DNA of 62,414 nt, counting the filler. It is 5 parts of 5 records of this genome, joined end to end, with 100 filler letters (N's around TTAATTAATTAA, not from the genome) between each part and the next. Parts side by side here need not be neighbours in the genome. Positions count along the whole stretch, not along the records: positions 49,904 to 56,377 come from DRR723986_7788; positions 56,478 to 62,414 come from DRR723986_7825; 3 more parts are not named here. One strand, written 5' to 3'. The position numbers and the translations under genes were made by a program. The notes beneath the pieces are model-generated. The model ran no database searches, had not been told where the DNA came from, and saw nothing but the letters and a program-made list of their open reading frames with translations. The stretch's first letter is position 1. Each line of letters starts with the position of its first letter. Of the stretch, positions 50,808 to 59,469 are shown piece by piece.

Positions 50808-52064
50808 TCAATCACTTGGGGTGCCATTTTGGCCCAATGCGTGCAGCGACTGGGCCAGTTTGGCGATGTCTTTGCGCAACGGGTTTTTGGCGGCGGCCAT
50901 CGCCAGGGGCGTGCCGCCATCATTGGCCTGCGTCACGGCCCGGCCGCCATCGGACAGCTGCAAATCGATCGAAATGCCCAGGCTTTCTGCCATGCGCTTG
51001 ACCCGGCCCTTGCCGCTGATATCGGTGAATTTCGGCGCGCGGTTCAGCGCAAAACGCAGTTTGTCAAAGGCCATATCCTCGGATTGCAGCAACCGTTTCA
51101 GACGCAACGCATTCTGGGCCGAGCGCATATCAAGCTCGATCATGGCAAAATAAATCTGCGACAGGTTCAGCACCGCTTCGGTCCACATCACCAGCGTGCG
51201 GGGCATATCGATTAAGACATAGTCGAAATGATCGCGGGCCATGCCCACCAAACGGTTCACATCCTCGGGGCTGATCAGATCCAGCGGGATCATATCCGCC
51301 GGGGCGGTAAGCACCTGCAGCTTGTTTTCAAAGGGCAACATAGCGCCGCTGAAACTGTCGAAATCCATCGCCTCGGTATCAGAGAGCAATTCAAACACCG
51401 CCTCGCGCCGGGGCAGATCGAGATAGGTGGACACGCCGCCATATTGCAGGTCGAAATCCAGCAGGCAGACGCGCGGCGCGGTTTCGCCTTTGGCGGCGAT
51501 ATTGGCCAATTCCCACGCCAGGTTTATCGCCAGCGTGGTGGCCCCGGTGCCGCCTGCCAGCCCTTGAACGGCCAAAATCACGCCATCGCGGCCGCCAGTG
51601 GATGCCGGGCGTGCGCTGGGTGCGGCCTGGGGTTCGGCGGGGCCGGGCGCTGCGGGCGGGGGGGCATGAAGGCGCGCCAGCGCGGCCTGCAATTCGCCTT
51701 CGGGCAGGGGGTATGGCACGAATTCGCGCGCACCGGCACGCAATAATTGGTGCAATGTCGCGGGGCTGACATCTTCGGCAATTAAAATCACGCCAATCTG
51801 GCGCGCCTGCGCTTGGGCGACGATTTGAACCAGCATATCCAGCTGGGCCTCGTCTGCCGCCTCTAGGGCCAGGGCCAGAAATTCTAGCTGTTTTGCTTCG
51901 GGCTGTGCCAGATAGGCCAGCGCCTCGCTGATGTGGATATCACCCCAATTTGTGCCCAACAGGCTGTCCATGTCCTCGATCAACAGGTCAAAAGCCTGCA
52001 CATCACGGCTGATGGTGCAGGCCCGGATCGGGCCGGGATCTTGGGGCGTGGGCAATGTGCTCAT
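50808..52064 (-). CDS. cpaE: Tad pilus localisation protein CpaE/TadZ
   Basis: Receiver-like N-terminus (LRAGAREFV) plus atypical ATPase GGTGATT, LDFDLQYG. Confidence 0.9.
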   Translation of the reverse strand: MSTLPTPQDPGPIRACTISRDVQAFDLLIEDMDSLLGTNWGDIHISEALAYLAQPEAKQLEFLALALEAADEAQLDMLVQIVAQAQARQIGVILIAEDVSPATLHQLLRAGAREFVPYPLPEGELQAALARLHAPPPAAPGPAEPQAAPSARPASTGGRDGVILAVQGLAGGTGATTLAINLAWELANIAAKGETAPRVCLLDFDLQYGGVSTYLDLPRREAVFELLSDTEAMDFDSFSGAMLPFENKLQVLTAPADMIPLDLISPEDVNRLVGMARDHFDYVLIDMPRTLVMWTEAVLNLSQIYFAMIELDMRSAQNALRLKRLLQSEDMAFDKLRFALNRAPKFTDISGKGRVKRMAESLGISIDLQLSDGGRAVTQANDGGTPLAMAAAKNPLRKDIAKLAQSLHALGQNGTPSD

Positions 52065-52180
52065 CGGCGGTTCCTTTTCGGGCGCGTGCTGTTAGGCATG
52101 GCGGCGAAAAGGGGCAGGAATTTGGCCAAAAAGCTGTAATTTCTGGAAATCGTGCGTTTTCTTGGGCGCGGGTGCGGGCG

Positions 52181-52843
52181 TTATTCGGCTTTCTGGCCCC
52201 AGGTATTGCCCTGCAATGTGCTGGCGGGCTGGCCGCTGGCCAAATAATCGCGGTAAAGGCCTTCGCCAAAGCGCCCGCTCATCACCGTGGGCTGGCGTTT
52301 CCAGAACCCCGACACCTCGGTTACAGTGCGCCGATTGCGCCGCTCGCGGCCCTCTGTGGCCACCACGGGCTGCGCGGCGCCAAGGCTGAGCGCGGCCTCT
52401 AGGCGGTGGCGGCTGATCCCTTGGGACACCAGGTAATTGACCACAGTATGGGCGCGGCGCAGGCCCAGCGCCTTGTTGGCGGCGGGGCTGCCAACGGTAT
52501 CGGCATGGCCATAGACGCGGAATTTAACCTCGGGGTATTGCCTGATCCAGGCGGCTTGCCCGCGCAGCACCTCTTTGGCGCCGGCATCTAAGGCTGCGGA
52601 ATTAAAATCAAAATTCACCGTTGTGGTGACTTCGCTTGCAAAGCGCTGGGCGAGATCCACCAAATAAGGTTTCTGGCCATTTTGAATTTGCGTGTTGTTC
52701 AGCGTGGCCTCGCCCAAGGCGGCCGTGCCCGCGGGCATGCCCGCCTCGGGGAAATAGAGGGCGCCATCGGTGCCGGTGCTGCCGCAGGCGGCCAGCGCCA
52801 ATAGCAGGGCGGAAAGCGAGGCGGGAAAAAGGGCAGGGCGCAT
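52181..52843 (-). CDS. OmpA-family peptidoglycan-binding lipoprotein
   Basis: LAAC lipobox; FDFNSAAL, GHADTVG, NKALGLRRA, NRR. Confidence 0.9.
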   Translation of the reverse strand: MRPALFPASLSALLLALAACGSTGTDGALYFPEAGMPAGTAALGEATLNNTQIQNGQKPYLVDLAQRFASEVTTTVNFDFNSAALDAGAKEVLRGQAAWIRQYPEVKFRVYGHADTVGSPAANKALGLRRAHTVVNYLVSQGISRHRLEAALSLGAAQPVVATEGRERRNRRTVTEVSGFWKRQPTVMSGRFGEGLYRDYLASGQPASTLQGNTWGQKAE

Positions 52844-52846
52844 TTG

Positions 52847-54268
52847 TTAGTCCATCACATAGCCGTAAGAGCCGGTAAAATCTTGGCGTGCCACCTCGCC
52901 TGCACCGCCTGAAAGGGCGCGCGTGCTGCCTTCGGTGCGGCCAAACAGGAACAATTCCGCCTCGGATGGGGGTTTGATACGATCGGTTGGCAGGGCCAAA
53001 GCCTCGCCTCGGGTGGGGGTTACCAGATGGGCCGTGACGATGATCACCAGTTCCGATTGCTGGCGCTGGTATTCGGCGCTGCGAAACAGCGCGCCCAAAA
53101 CGGGCAAATCGCCCAGCCACGGCACTTGGCCGTTCAAATCGCGGAAATCATCTTGCAAAAGCCCGGCGATGGCAAAGCTTTCGCCGTCGCGCAATTCAAC
53201 GGTGGTTGATGTTTCGCGGCGCCGGAACGCATCGATCTTGATCGAGCTTTGCTGAAAGCCATTGGTTGGGTCGATCGCAGAAACGGCGGCGGCCAGTTCC
53301 AGGTTGATGATATTGTCATCCAGCACTCGGGGCACGAAATTCAGCTCGATCCCGAAAGGTTTGAATTCGATGGTGATGCGGTCGTTGTTTTGGCTGACTG
53401 GCACCGGGTATTCGCCGCCTGCCAGGAATTTGGCCTCTTGGCCAGACAGGGCAGACAGGTTGGGTTCGGCCAGGGTGCGCACAACGCCCTTGGATTCCAA
53501 CGCCTCTAGCAGCACGCCCACCTGCACGGCACCGGCGTTAAAGCCGAATAACGTGGCGCTTTTGTTTTCGTTGCTGGAGGGAATGTTGCCTGCCAAAGCA
53601 TTGGCTTGCGCGGCATTGGTATTGGTGGTCAATGACCCGCCCGAGACATTCACGCGCCCGTTCATCGGCCCTTTCAACGACAGCGAGGCGCTGAGCGATT
53701 TTGACACGCTGCGCTCCATCTCGGCGAAGCGCACTTTCAGCATCACCTGTTGCACGCCGCCGACGCTAAGTAGGTTTGACACGCGGCTGGGGGCATAGCG
53801 TTCGGCCAAATCCAATGCGCGCTGCATGCGCACAGTGCTGGATACGGTGCCAGATAAAACAATGCCATCATTGGCGGTGCGCACCTCGATTTTTTCGCTG
53901 GGCAGAATTTGGCGCAGGCGTTCCTTGAATTCCGAAATATCGGCCGCAACGCGCACATCGACATTGGTGATCAGCCGGCCATTGCCATCAAGCAAGGTCA
54001 GCGTGGTCAGCCCCGGCGATTTGCCCAGCACGTAAATGGTGCGGTCGCTCAGCGTTGAGATATCGGCAATGTCGGGGTTGGCGATAGACAGTTCGGCAAA
54101 GGGCGTTTCGCTTTCCACCACAACCGCGCGGTTCATCGGCACGTTCAACGTGCTGGCGGTATCTTGGTCAACCACCCGCAGGGTTTCTGCCATGCCTGTT
54201 TGCGGCAGCGCAATGGCTGCAAGGAAAAGGCCTGCCAAAGCGGCCCTGAATACTCGTACACACATCAT
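52847..54268 (-). CDS. cpaC: Tad secretin CpaC/RcpA
   Basis: QVMLKVRFAE, LAEPNL, FLAGGEYP, ELRDGESFAIAGL, PVLGALFRS. Confidence 0.95.
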   Translation of the reverse strand: MMCVRVFRAALAGLFLAAIALPQTGMAETLRVVDQDTASTLNVPMNRAVVVESETPFAELSIANPDIADISTLSDRTIYVLGKSPGLTTLTLLDGNGRLITNVDVRVAADISEFKERLRQILPSEKIEVRTANDGIVLSGTVSSTVRMQRALDLAERYAPSRVSNLLSVGGVQQVMLKVRFAEMERSVSKSLSASLSLKGPMNGRVNVSGGSLTTNTNAAQANALAGNIPSSNENKSATLFGFNAGAVQVGVLLEALESKGVVRTLAEPNLSALSGQEAKFLAGGEYPVPVSQNNDRITIEFKPFGIELNFVPRVLDDNIINLELAAAVSAIDPTNGFQQSSIKIDAFRRRETSTTVELRDGESFAIAGLLQDDFRDLNGQVPWLGDLPVLGALFRSAEYQRQQSELVIIVTAHLVTPTRGEALALPTDRIKPPSEAELFLFGRTEGSTRALSGGAGEVARQDFTGSYGYVMD

Positions 54269-54428
54269 GTGACCTGCCTTTTCGATCACGCCTCACCAAC
54301 GGGTCTTTTCGCCCGCGTTAGCACCAGCATGCATGAGTTGAGTGTGAATTGCAAGAAACAAGCAGGATTTGATCATGCATGATGCGAACCAGCATCAGTG
54401 GCTGCACCCTGTGGTGCAGCCGCTGGGC

Positions 54429-55304
54429 TTAGTTGCTGCAGGGAATTTCGATTTGCATCACCTCGGCGCCGCGGCGGGTGCGGATGGTGCAGCGTTCGGC
54501 CTGGGCCACCTGTTGGGGGGCAATCGCCTGCGTCAGGCCCAGCAATTTGGTTTGATCAACCTCGATGGCCCCGGCAATGGTATCATCCATGGCCCCCACC
54601 AGCGACAGCGACAGCTTGCCGGTGCTTTGTGCCTGCGCCAGGCTGGCCACCTGTTCGGGGCGCACGGCCACGGTGACGGTGCGTGCGATGGTGGCGGCCT
54701 GGGCCTCGCCATTGGCGGATTGGTCTACCGCGATCAGCTGCACGCCGGCCTCGATCAGCTTGGTGACATCGCCATTAAAGACCGGGCCGGGCGCGTTTGG
54801 CTGGCCAATGGTGCTTACACGGCCTGTCCAATAGACATCAACCCGGTCGCCCGGGCGCAAAAAGCCCGATACGCCGCTGCGCACGTCAACCTCGATGGCA
54901 AAGGCGCGCATGCCGCGTTCTAATTGTGAGGTCAGCCCGGCATCTTCGCCCGGTTCGGTCAGCTTGACGGCCAGCAACACCTCGCCCTGTTCCATGGTGC
55001 GCAAAACGATGCGGGGTTTGTCTGTTGTTTCGGGGAAAAGCACTGCGGCCTCGGTATAAACACCCTCGGGCAGGGCGTTTGCGGGCCAGGCAATTTGCAC
55101 CACGTCTTCTTGCGTCAGCGTTTCGCCATATTTCAGCTGCCGTTTGGCTGCATAGACCGGCACTGTTTCTACAAGCTGGGCCTTTACGGCATTGGCCTCG
55201 GCCAGTTGGGCCTGATAGCTGCCGATATAGTTTTGCGCCATCATCACGGCAAAACCGGCCAGTGCCAGACCTGCCACAAGAACCAATCCAAATACGATAC
55301 GCAT
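54429..55304 (-). CDS. cpaB: Flp pilus assembly protein CpaB/RcpC
   Basis: SAF domain, GMRAFAI, GVSGFLRPGDRVDV, LSLSL. Confidence 0.95.
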   Translation of the reverse strand: MRIVFGLVLVAGLALAGFAVMMAQNYIGSYQAQLAEANAVKAQLVETVPVYAAKRQLKYGETLTQEDVVQIAWPANALPEGVYTEAAVLFPETTDKPRIVLRTMEQGEVLLAVKLTEPGEDAGLTSQLERGMRAFAIEVDVRSGVSGFLRPGDRVDVYWTGRVSTIGQPNAPGPVFNGDVTKLIEAGVQLIAVDQSANGEAQAATIARTVTVAVRPEQVASLAQAQSTGKLSLSLVGAMDDTIAGAIEVDQTKLLGLTQAIAPQQVAQAERCTIRTRRGAEVMQIEIPCSN

Positions 55305-55329
55305 GGGCTATCCCCTTGTTTGCGGTGGT

Positions 55330-55503
55330 TTAGTCTGGAACCCCGGCGCCAGGGGCTGTGCCTGCGGCGCCTGCAACGATTGCATCCTCAAAGGCCGAGG
55401 TGGCCCCAACGCACAGGCCCATCACCAGGGCCGTCATAACCACCCAGTCAACTGTAACGGCGCCGCGATTTTCGCGTAGAAATTTTTGAAAAAACCGTAG
55501 CAT
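55330..55503 (-). CDS. flp: Flp-like pilin 2
   Basis: MLRFFQKFLRENRG-AVTVDWVVMTALVMGL. Confidence 0.75.
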   Translation of the reverse strand: MLRFFQKFLRENRGAVTVDWVVMTALVMGLCVGATSAFEDAIVAGAAGTAPGAGVPD

Positions 55504-55627
55504 GCGGCCCCCTTTGACCGGCAGTCTGTTTGGGCCCCGACAGGGCGATGTAAGGCAAGAAGGGGGCGCCCAAGCGCGATGGACGCCCCTTTGATGTGTC
55601 CTTTTCGTGCCGCGGCACGGGCAGGTC

Positions 55628-55798
55628 TTAGAATGTGGGCATCGTGGTTGCGGCGCCGGTGGCCAGTGCCGAAATGTTGGTGTCCAGCGCGGTGTAGGCG
55701 CCAACAGCCAGGCCAACAACAGCAGCGGTCAGCACAACCCAGTCAACAGTTACGGCGCCGTTTTCGTCGTTGCGGAAGTTTTTGATGAAGTTCAGCAT
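55628..55798 (-). CDS. flp: Flp pilin 1
   Basis: MLNFIKNFRNDENG-AVTVDWVVLTAAVVGL; GGAGGG SD. Confidence 0.88.
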   Translation of the reverse strand: MLNFIKNFRNDENGAVTVDWVVLTAAVVGLAVGAYTALDTNISALATGAATTMPTF

Positions 55799-55975
55799 TT
55801 GATATCCCTCCAAAGGATGTTTGGTTACACACCCAAGCCGCCGGTTTGTTTGGGCGCCACTCTCATCTGGCCCGCCGCCGTCTTGGTATGACCCTATATA
55901 CCTATCCGAATGGGGTAGCTTTTGGGCGCGATTGGCACTTTTTTGGAATTCTTAATACTTTCGGATATTATTTCG

Positions 55976-55991
55976 TTAAGTCATTGTTAAC
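55976..55991. promoter_or_regulatory. CtrA binding site upstream of flp
   Basis: TTAA-GTCATTG-TTAAC, an exact TTAA-N7-TTAA match. Confidence 0.75.
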
Positions 55992-56060
55992 GCGTAATAA
56001 AAAATTTCAAAAAATTTGATAAGCGGCTGTTTTTGGGGGGTGTTGAGTGAAATTGGCACG

Positions 56061-56091
56061 AAAAAGCCCGCCAACACGGGGGTGGCGGGCT
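56061..56091 (-). terminator. Intrinsic terminator after the CoA-transferase gene
   Basis: AGCCCGCCA/TGGCGGGCT stem with an adjacent A run (U tract on the minus strand). Confidence 0.75.
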
Positions 56092-56115
56092 GTGTTTTTC
56101 AGGCTGTCGCGCGGG

Positions 56116-56377
56116 TTAATCGACGATCGTTGCCTCGGTGGCTGCGCGCAGCTCGGCCTTGGTGACGCCATCGGCGCATTCCACCAGGCGCAAGCCGCCT
56201 TCGACCACGTCTAACACGCCCAAATTGGTGATGATGCGATCTACCACGCCTTTGCCTGTCAGCGGCAGGGTGCATTCTTTCAGCAGTTTCGATTCGCCCG
56301 CCTTGTTGGTGTGGTCCATCACCACCACAACGCGGCCAACGCCTGCCACCAGATCCATCGCGCCGCCCATGCCCTTG
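56116..56377 (-). CDS. scoB: 3-oxoacid CoA-transferase subunit B (5'-truncated)
   Basis: KGMGGAMDLV, CTLPLTG, RIITNLG. Confidence 0.85.
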
Positions 56378-56477
56378 NNNNNNNNNNNNNNNNNNNNNNN
56401 NNNNNNNNNNNNNNNNNNNNNTTAATTAATTAANNNNNNNNNNNNNNNNNNNNNNNNNNNNNNNNNNNNNNNNNNNN
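56378..56477. other. Artificial contig linker
   Basis: N44-TTAATTAATTAA-N44. Confidence 0.98.
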
Positions 56478-56836
56478 GATGGGGAGTGGTTCTAGCCCAA
56501 AGACTTCTGACTCCGCCGCACTGCATCCACTTGCAATGCTGACAGTTTCCCAATCGAAGACAAACAGGAAGGTATTTGAAAAACAAAAGACCCAAAACCT
56601 GCTCACAGCCCCAAAACACAAGTACTTAAGACAGACGACTCAAAAGCCGCGAGGGGCAATGAGCGGCGCGACCAAGACCAGATCGATTAGGACCAAAACA
56701 ACGGGTAGGAACAAATGCTACGAATGCAAAAACGCGATGCACGGATCACTCCATACATCGCGTTTGTATTCTACATCCGCACAGACCGCAAACTCAAATC
56801 CAGAGACGGAAACGAGGGCCGCGGCCGGCAGAAATT

Positions 56837-57838
56837 TTAGCGGATAACCAGCATCTGACGGACCAGAACGGCCTCACCAGCACGCAGACGGTAGTAGTAA
56901 ACGCCCGGCGTCAATGCGGTAGCGGACCACTGCAAACGATGCTCACCAACACCAAAAGCTTGTGTGTTTACAACTGTTGCAACCTGCTCACCACGTGCAC
57001 CCAGAATTTCCAGCGTGACGTTTTGTGGCTGCTCAAGTGTGAAATTGAAGCTCGTTTGGTTGTTGACCGGATTTGGCGTGTTGCCCAGGAGTTCAACGCC
57101 GGAAGCGGCAACGCGATCGCTGACGCTAACGATTTCTCCCCAGTTAATATCTGTGTAGTCGGTGTTGTAGAAGAATTCGACTTCTACATCTTCCGTAACA
57201 TTGTCAACGCGAAGGCGCCATGCTTCATCCGTTGGTGGAGCATCGTAGGCCTGGTTGTCATTGCCATCGACGTAAAAGTCAATGAAGTAGCTGGATCCGA
57301 TTTCGGCGCCACGCATGGCAACTTTGAAATTGGCTCCGGGCACTTCGTCACGGCTTGTAGACCAGACTTCTTCGCCACTTGCGATGTCAACAAGGCGCAT
57401 TTCCATCCAGCGTCCCTGCAGTTCGCCAAAACTGAAAATACTTACCGTTACGATCTGGCCTGGACCACTGGGGACGCTATTGGCAAATCCGGGGTTGGAG
57501 GCGTTCTGGGCGTCACCTGGCTGGGCATCACCTGGTCTCCACTCGCCGAATGGATCCAGCAGTTCTTCACCATTTGTAAAACCGTCACCATCGGAATCGA
57601 GCATAGCAAGTGCTCTGACCCATTCGACGCGGCCGGCGGCACTCGGTGGATTCGTAAAGCTGAAAGTTTCAATGCCAAAAGGATTGCGCGGAGTACCGCC
57701 ACCGGTAGTGTGGCATGTGTTGCAGCTGAATGGGCTGCTGTTAGGTACATCGTCAACACGGCGGCTGCGTGCTTCAAGGTCGGGACTGGCGTCCATTAAC
57801 AGGACGGCCGCTACAACAATGGTAGCCAAAATTTTCAT
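56837..57838 (-). CDS. Secreted protein: temptin-like domain with CxxCH, an acidic beta domain and a T9SS type A sorting domain
   Basis: Signal peptide; CNTCH; RNPFG...DSDGDGFTNGEELLDP...SNPGF; C-terminal PNPVNNQT...GVYYYRL...MLVIR. Confidence 0.85.
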   Translation of the reverse strand: MKILATIVVAAVLLMDASPDLEARSRRVDDVPNSSPFSCNTCHTTGGGTPRNPFGIETFSFTNPPSAAGRVEWVRALAMLDSDGDGFTNGEELLDPFGEWRPGDAQPGDAQNASNPGFANSVPSGPGQIVTVSIFSFGELQGRWMEMRLVDIASGEEVWSTSRDEVPGANFKVAMRGAEIGSSYFIDFYVDGNDNQAYDAPPTDEAWRLRVDNVTEDVEVEFFYNTDYTDINWGEIVSVSDRVAASGVELLGNTPNPVNNQTSFNFTLEQPQNVTLEILGARGEQVATVVNTQAFGVGEHRLQWSATALTPGVYYYRLRAGEAVLVRQMLVIR

Positions 57839-58554
57839 ATGGATGTTCCAGAAAGTAGAAAAAAGATGGGTATGGAATATAATCGTGCTACTCTTACATA
57901 GGTTTGACGGCGTGCGGGCGTACGACTTCCGGCGTACAAACCAGCCACGCTATCGCGCTGACATCGGGCAGAGCCTGACGTATGGCCAAGCAAACCGACA
58001 TTGCCGCGGACGTTGCACATTAAGCAGTTGAGCCAGGAAATTGGTCAAACGGAATTGAGCAAATCGGAATGGAGCAGATGACGCTAAACGGTCAGAAAAA
58101 CACCCCTGAAAGTCCGCAGATTACGTAGAGCTAAAATACTGCCTACAACTTAACTGCACAACGGTGGAAGTCTGGACTATTTTTGGCTTAAATGGCACAA
58201 ATCGCCGCTTCAAGCGTCGTGGACACACCCTCAAACGTCATGATGCCACAAAAAAAATTCCGGGTCATGATTTTTTCAATGGCATTTGGCATTCTTTTCC
58301 GCGATATTTGCGGACTGGATTTCCGGAAGGTTTTATCACCCGGATGAAGCAGACACACTGGCCGAGACACTGCCATTTCTCGCATACGCCGCCAAGGCGA
58401 ACCAGCCTGTGCGATTATACTCGACCACCGATGTTCTGAGCCAAGCTATTGATGTCCGGAATGGCCCGCCTTAATGCCGCGCCGCTATTCCGGTGAGTTA
58501 TATGTGCGCCCGGCAGCGCTGAACGTCACACACTGGATCACATGAGAGTCAGAA

Positions 58555-59439
58555 ATGAAATGGATCATCTTTGCGCTGTTACTCTGTATAGGAGTGCAGG
58601 ACGTCGCTGCACAGCAGCGATTACGTAGCTATCGGCCGTCCGTTTTCGGCATACGCGAGCAATTTAACTGGAGTCTCTCCTTTGCGCAGTCGGCGATTTC
58701 CGACTCGCGCTCGGGCGACAAACAAAACCTTGAGATTACCGGCTCATTTGATATTACACAGCCATTTGACCTTTCGGTGGTTGACCTCGTCATCAAAGCG
58801 CGCATGCGCCTGGGCGTCAGCCAGGAGACAACCGAAGAGTCGGAGTGGGTTCTGCCGACGGACAATGAGCTGTTCGTTGAGAACATCCTGATGTTGCCGC
58901 TGGACTGGAAGGCGGACCCTTATTTTGCGGCTTCGATGCAAACGCAGATCACGGAGTCCTTCCGTGTGCGCCGCAGTTTTGTGCTCGGCGACTATCTGGA
59001 GCGCACCGCCAACCTTTGGGATCCGGTCACAACGCGTCAGGGCCTGGGTTTCTGGTTCCGCGACCGCGGCGACTTTGGGACTTTTGGCACGCGCATCGGC
59101 GTCTCACTCAGCCAGGTACGAGCCAAAAACTACACGCGTTCCACCGATGACTTCCAGACGCGTGACGTAGTGGAGGCCTACAAGGCCCAGACCGGAATTG
59201 AATTTATCAATGAAGCCGATATAGACCTGGAAGAGGACATTAACTACCGCGCCAACTTTAGCCTCTACTCCACCTTTGATGACCTGGAGGTGTGGCAGAT
59301 GGACTGGACCAACCAGATTCGCGCGCAGATATGGCGCTTCATTGGTGTGACATTTAATCTCGATTTCACCTACAACGACCGCAGTGAGGACTTGCAGTAC
59401 CGCCAGTCACTCACCTTGGGCGTGGTTCAACGAATCTAA
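58555..59439 (+). CDS. Putative outer-membrane beta-barrel protein (DUF3078/DUF481-like)
   Basis: Signal peptide, alternating amphipathic strands, C-terminal LQYRQSLTLGV. Confidence 0.65.
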   Translation: MKWIIFALLLCIGVQDVAAQQRLRSYRPSVFGIREQFNWSLSFAQSAISDSRSGDKQNLEITGSFDITQPFDLSVVDLVIKARMRLGVSQETTEESEWVLPTDNELFVENILMLPLDWKADPYFAASMQTQITESFRVRRSFVLGDYLERTANLWDPVTTRQGLGFWFRDRGDFGTFGTRIGVSLSQVRAKNYTRSTDDFQTRDVVEAYKAQTGIEFINEADIDLEEDINYRANFSLYSTFDDLEVWQMDWTNQIRAQIWRFIGVTFNLDFTYNDRSEDLQYRQSLTLGVVQRI

Positions 59440-59469
59440 CATTGTAATGCCTGCGGGCAGGTTATTCTC

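Noticed and set aside
49904-55798. Tad pilus as phage cargo or linked receptor
   Set aside because: Separated from the phage by an artificial linker, so no physical linkage is shown.
56479-56847. 122-aa Lys/Thr-rich ORF at the contig start
   Set aside because: Explained by A/C compositional skew; no motifs, and it overlaps the convergent gene end.
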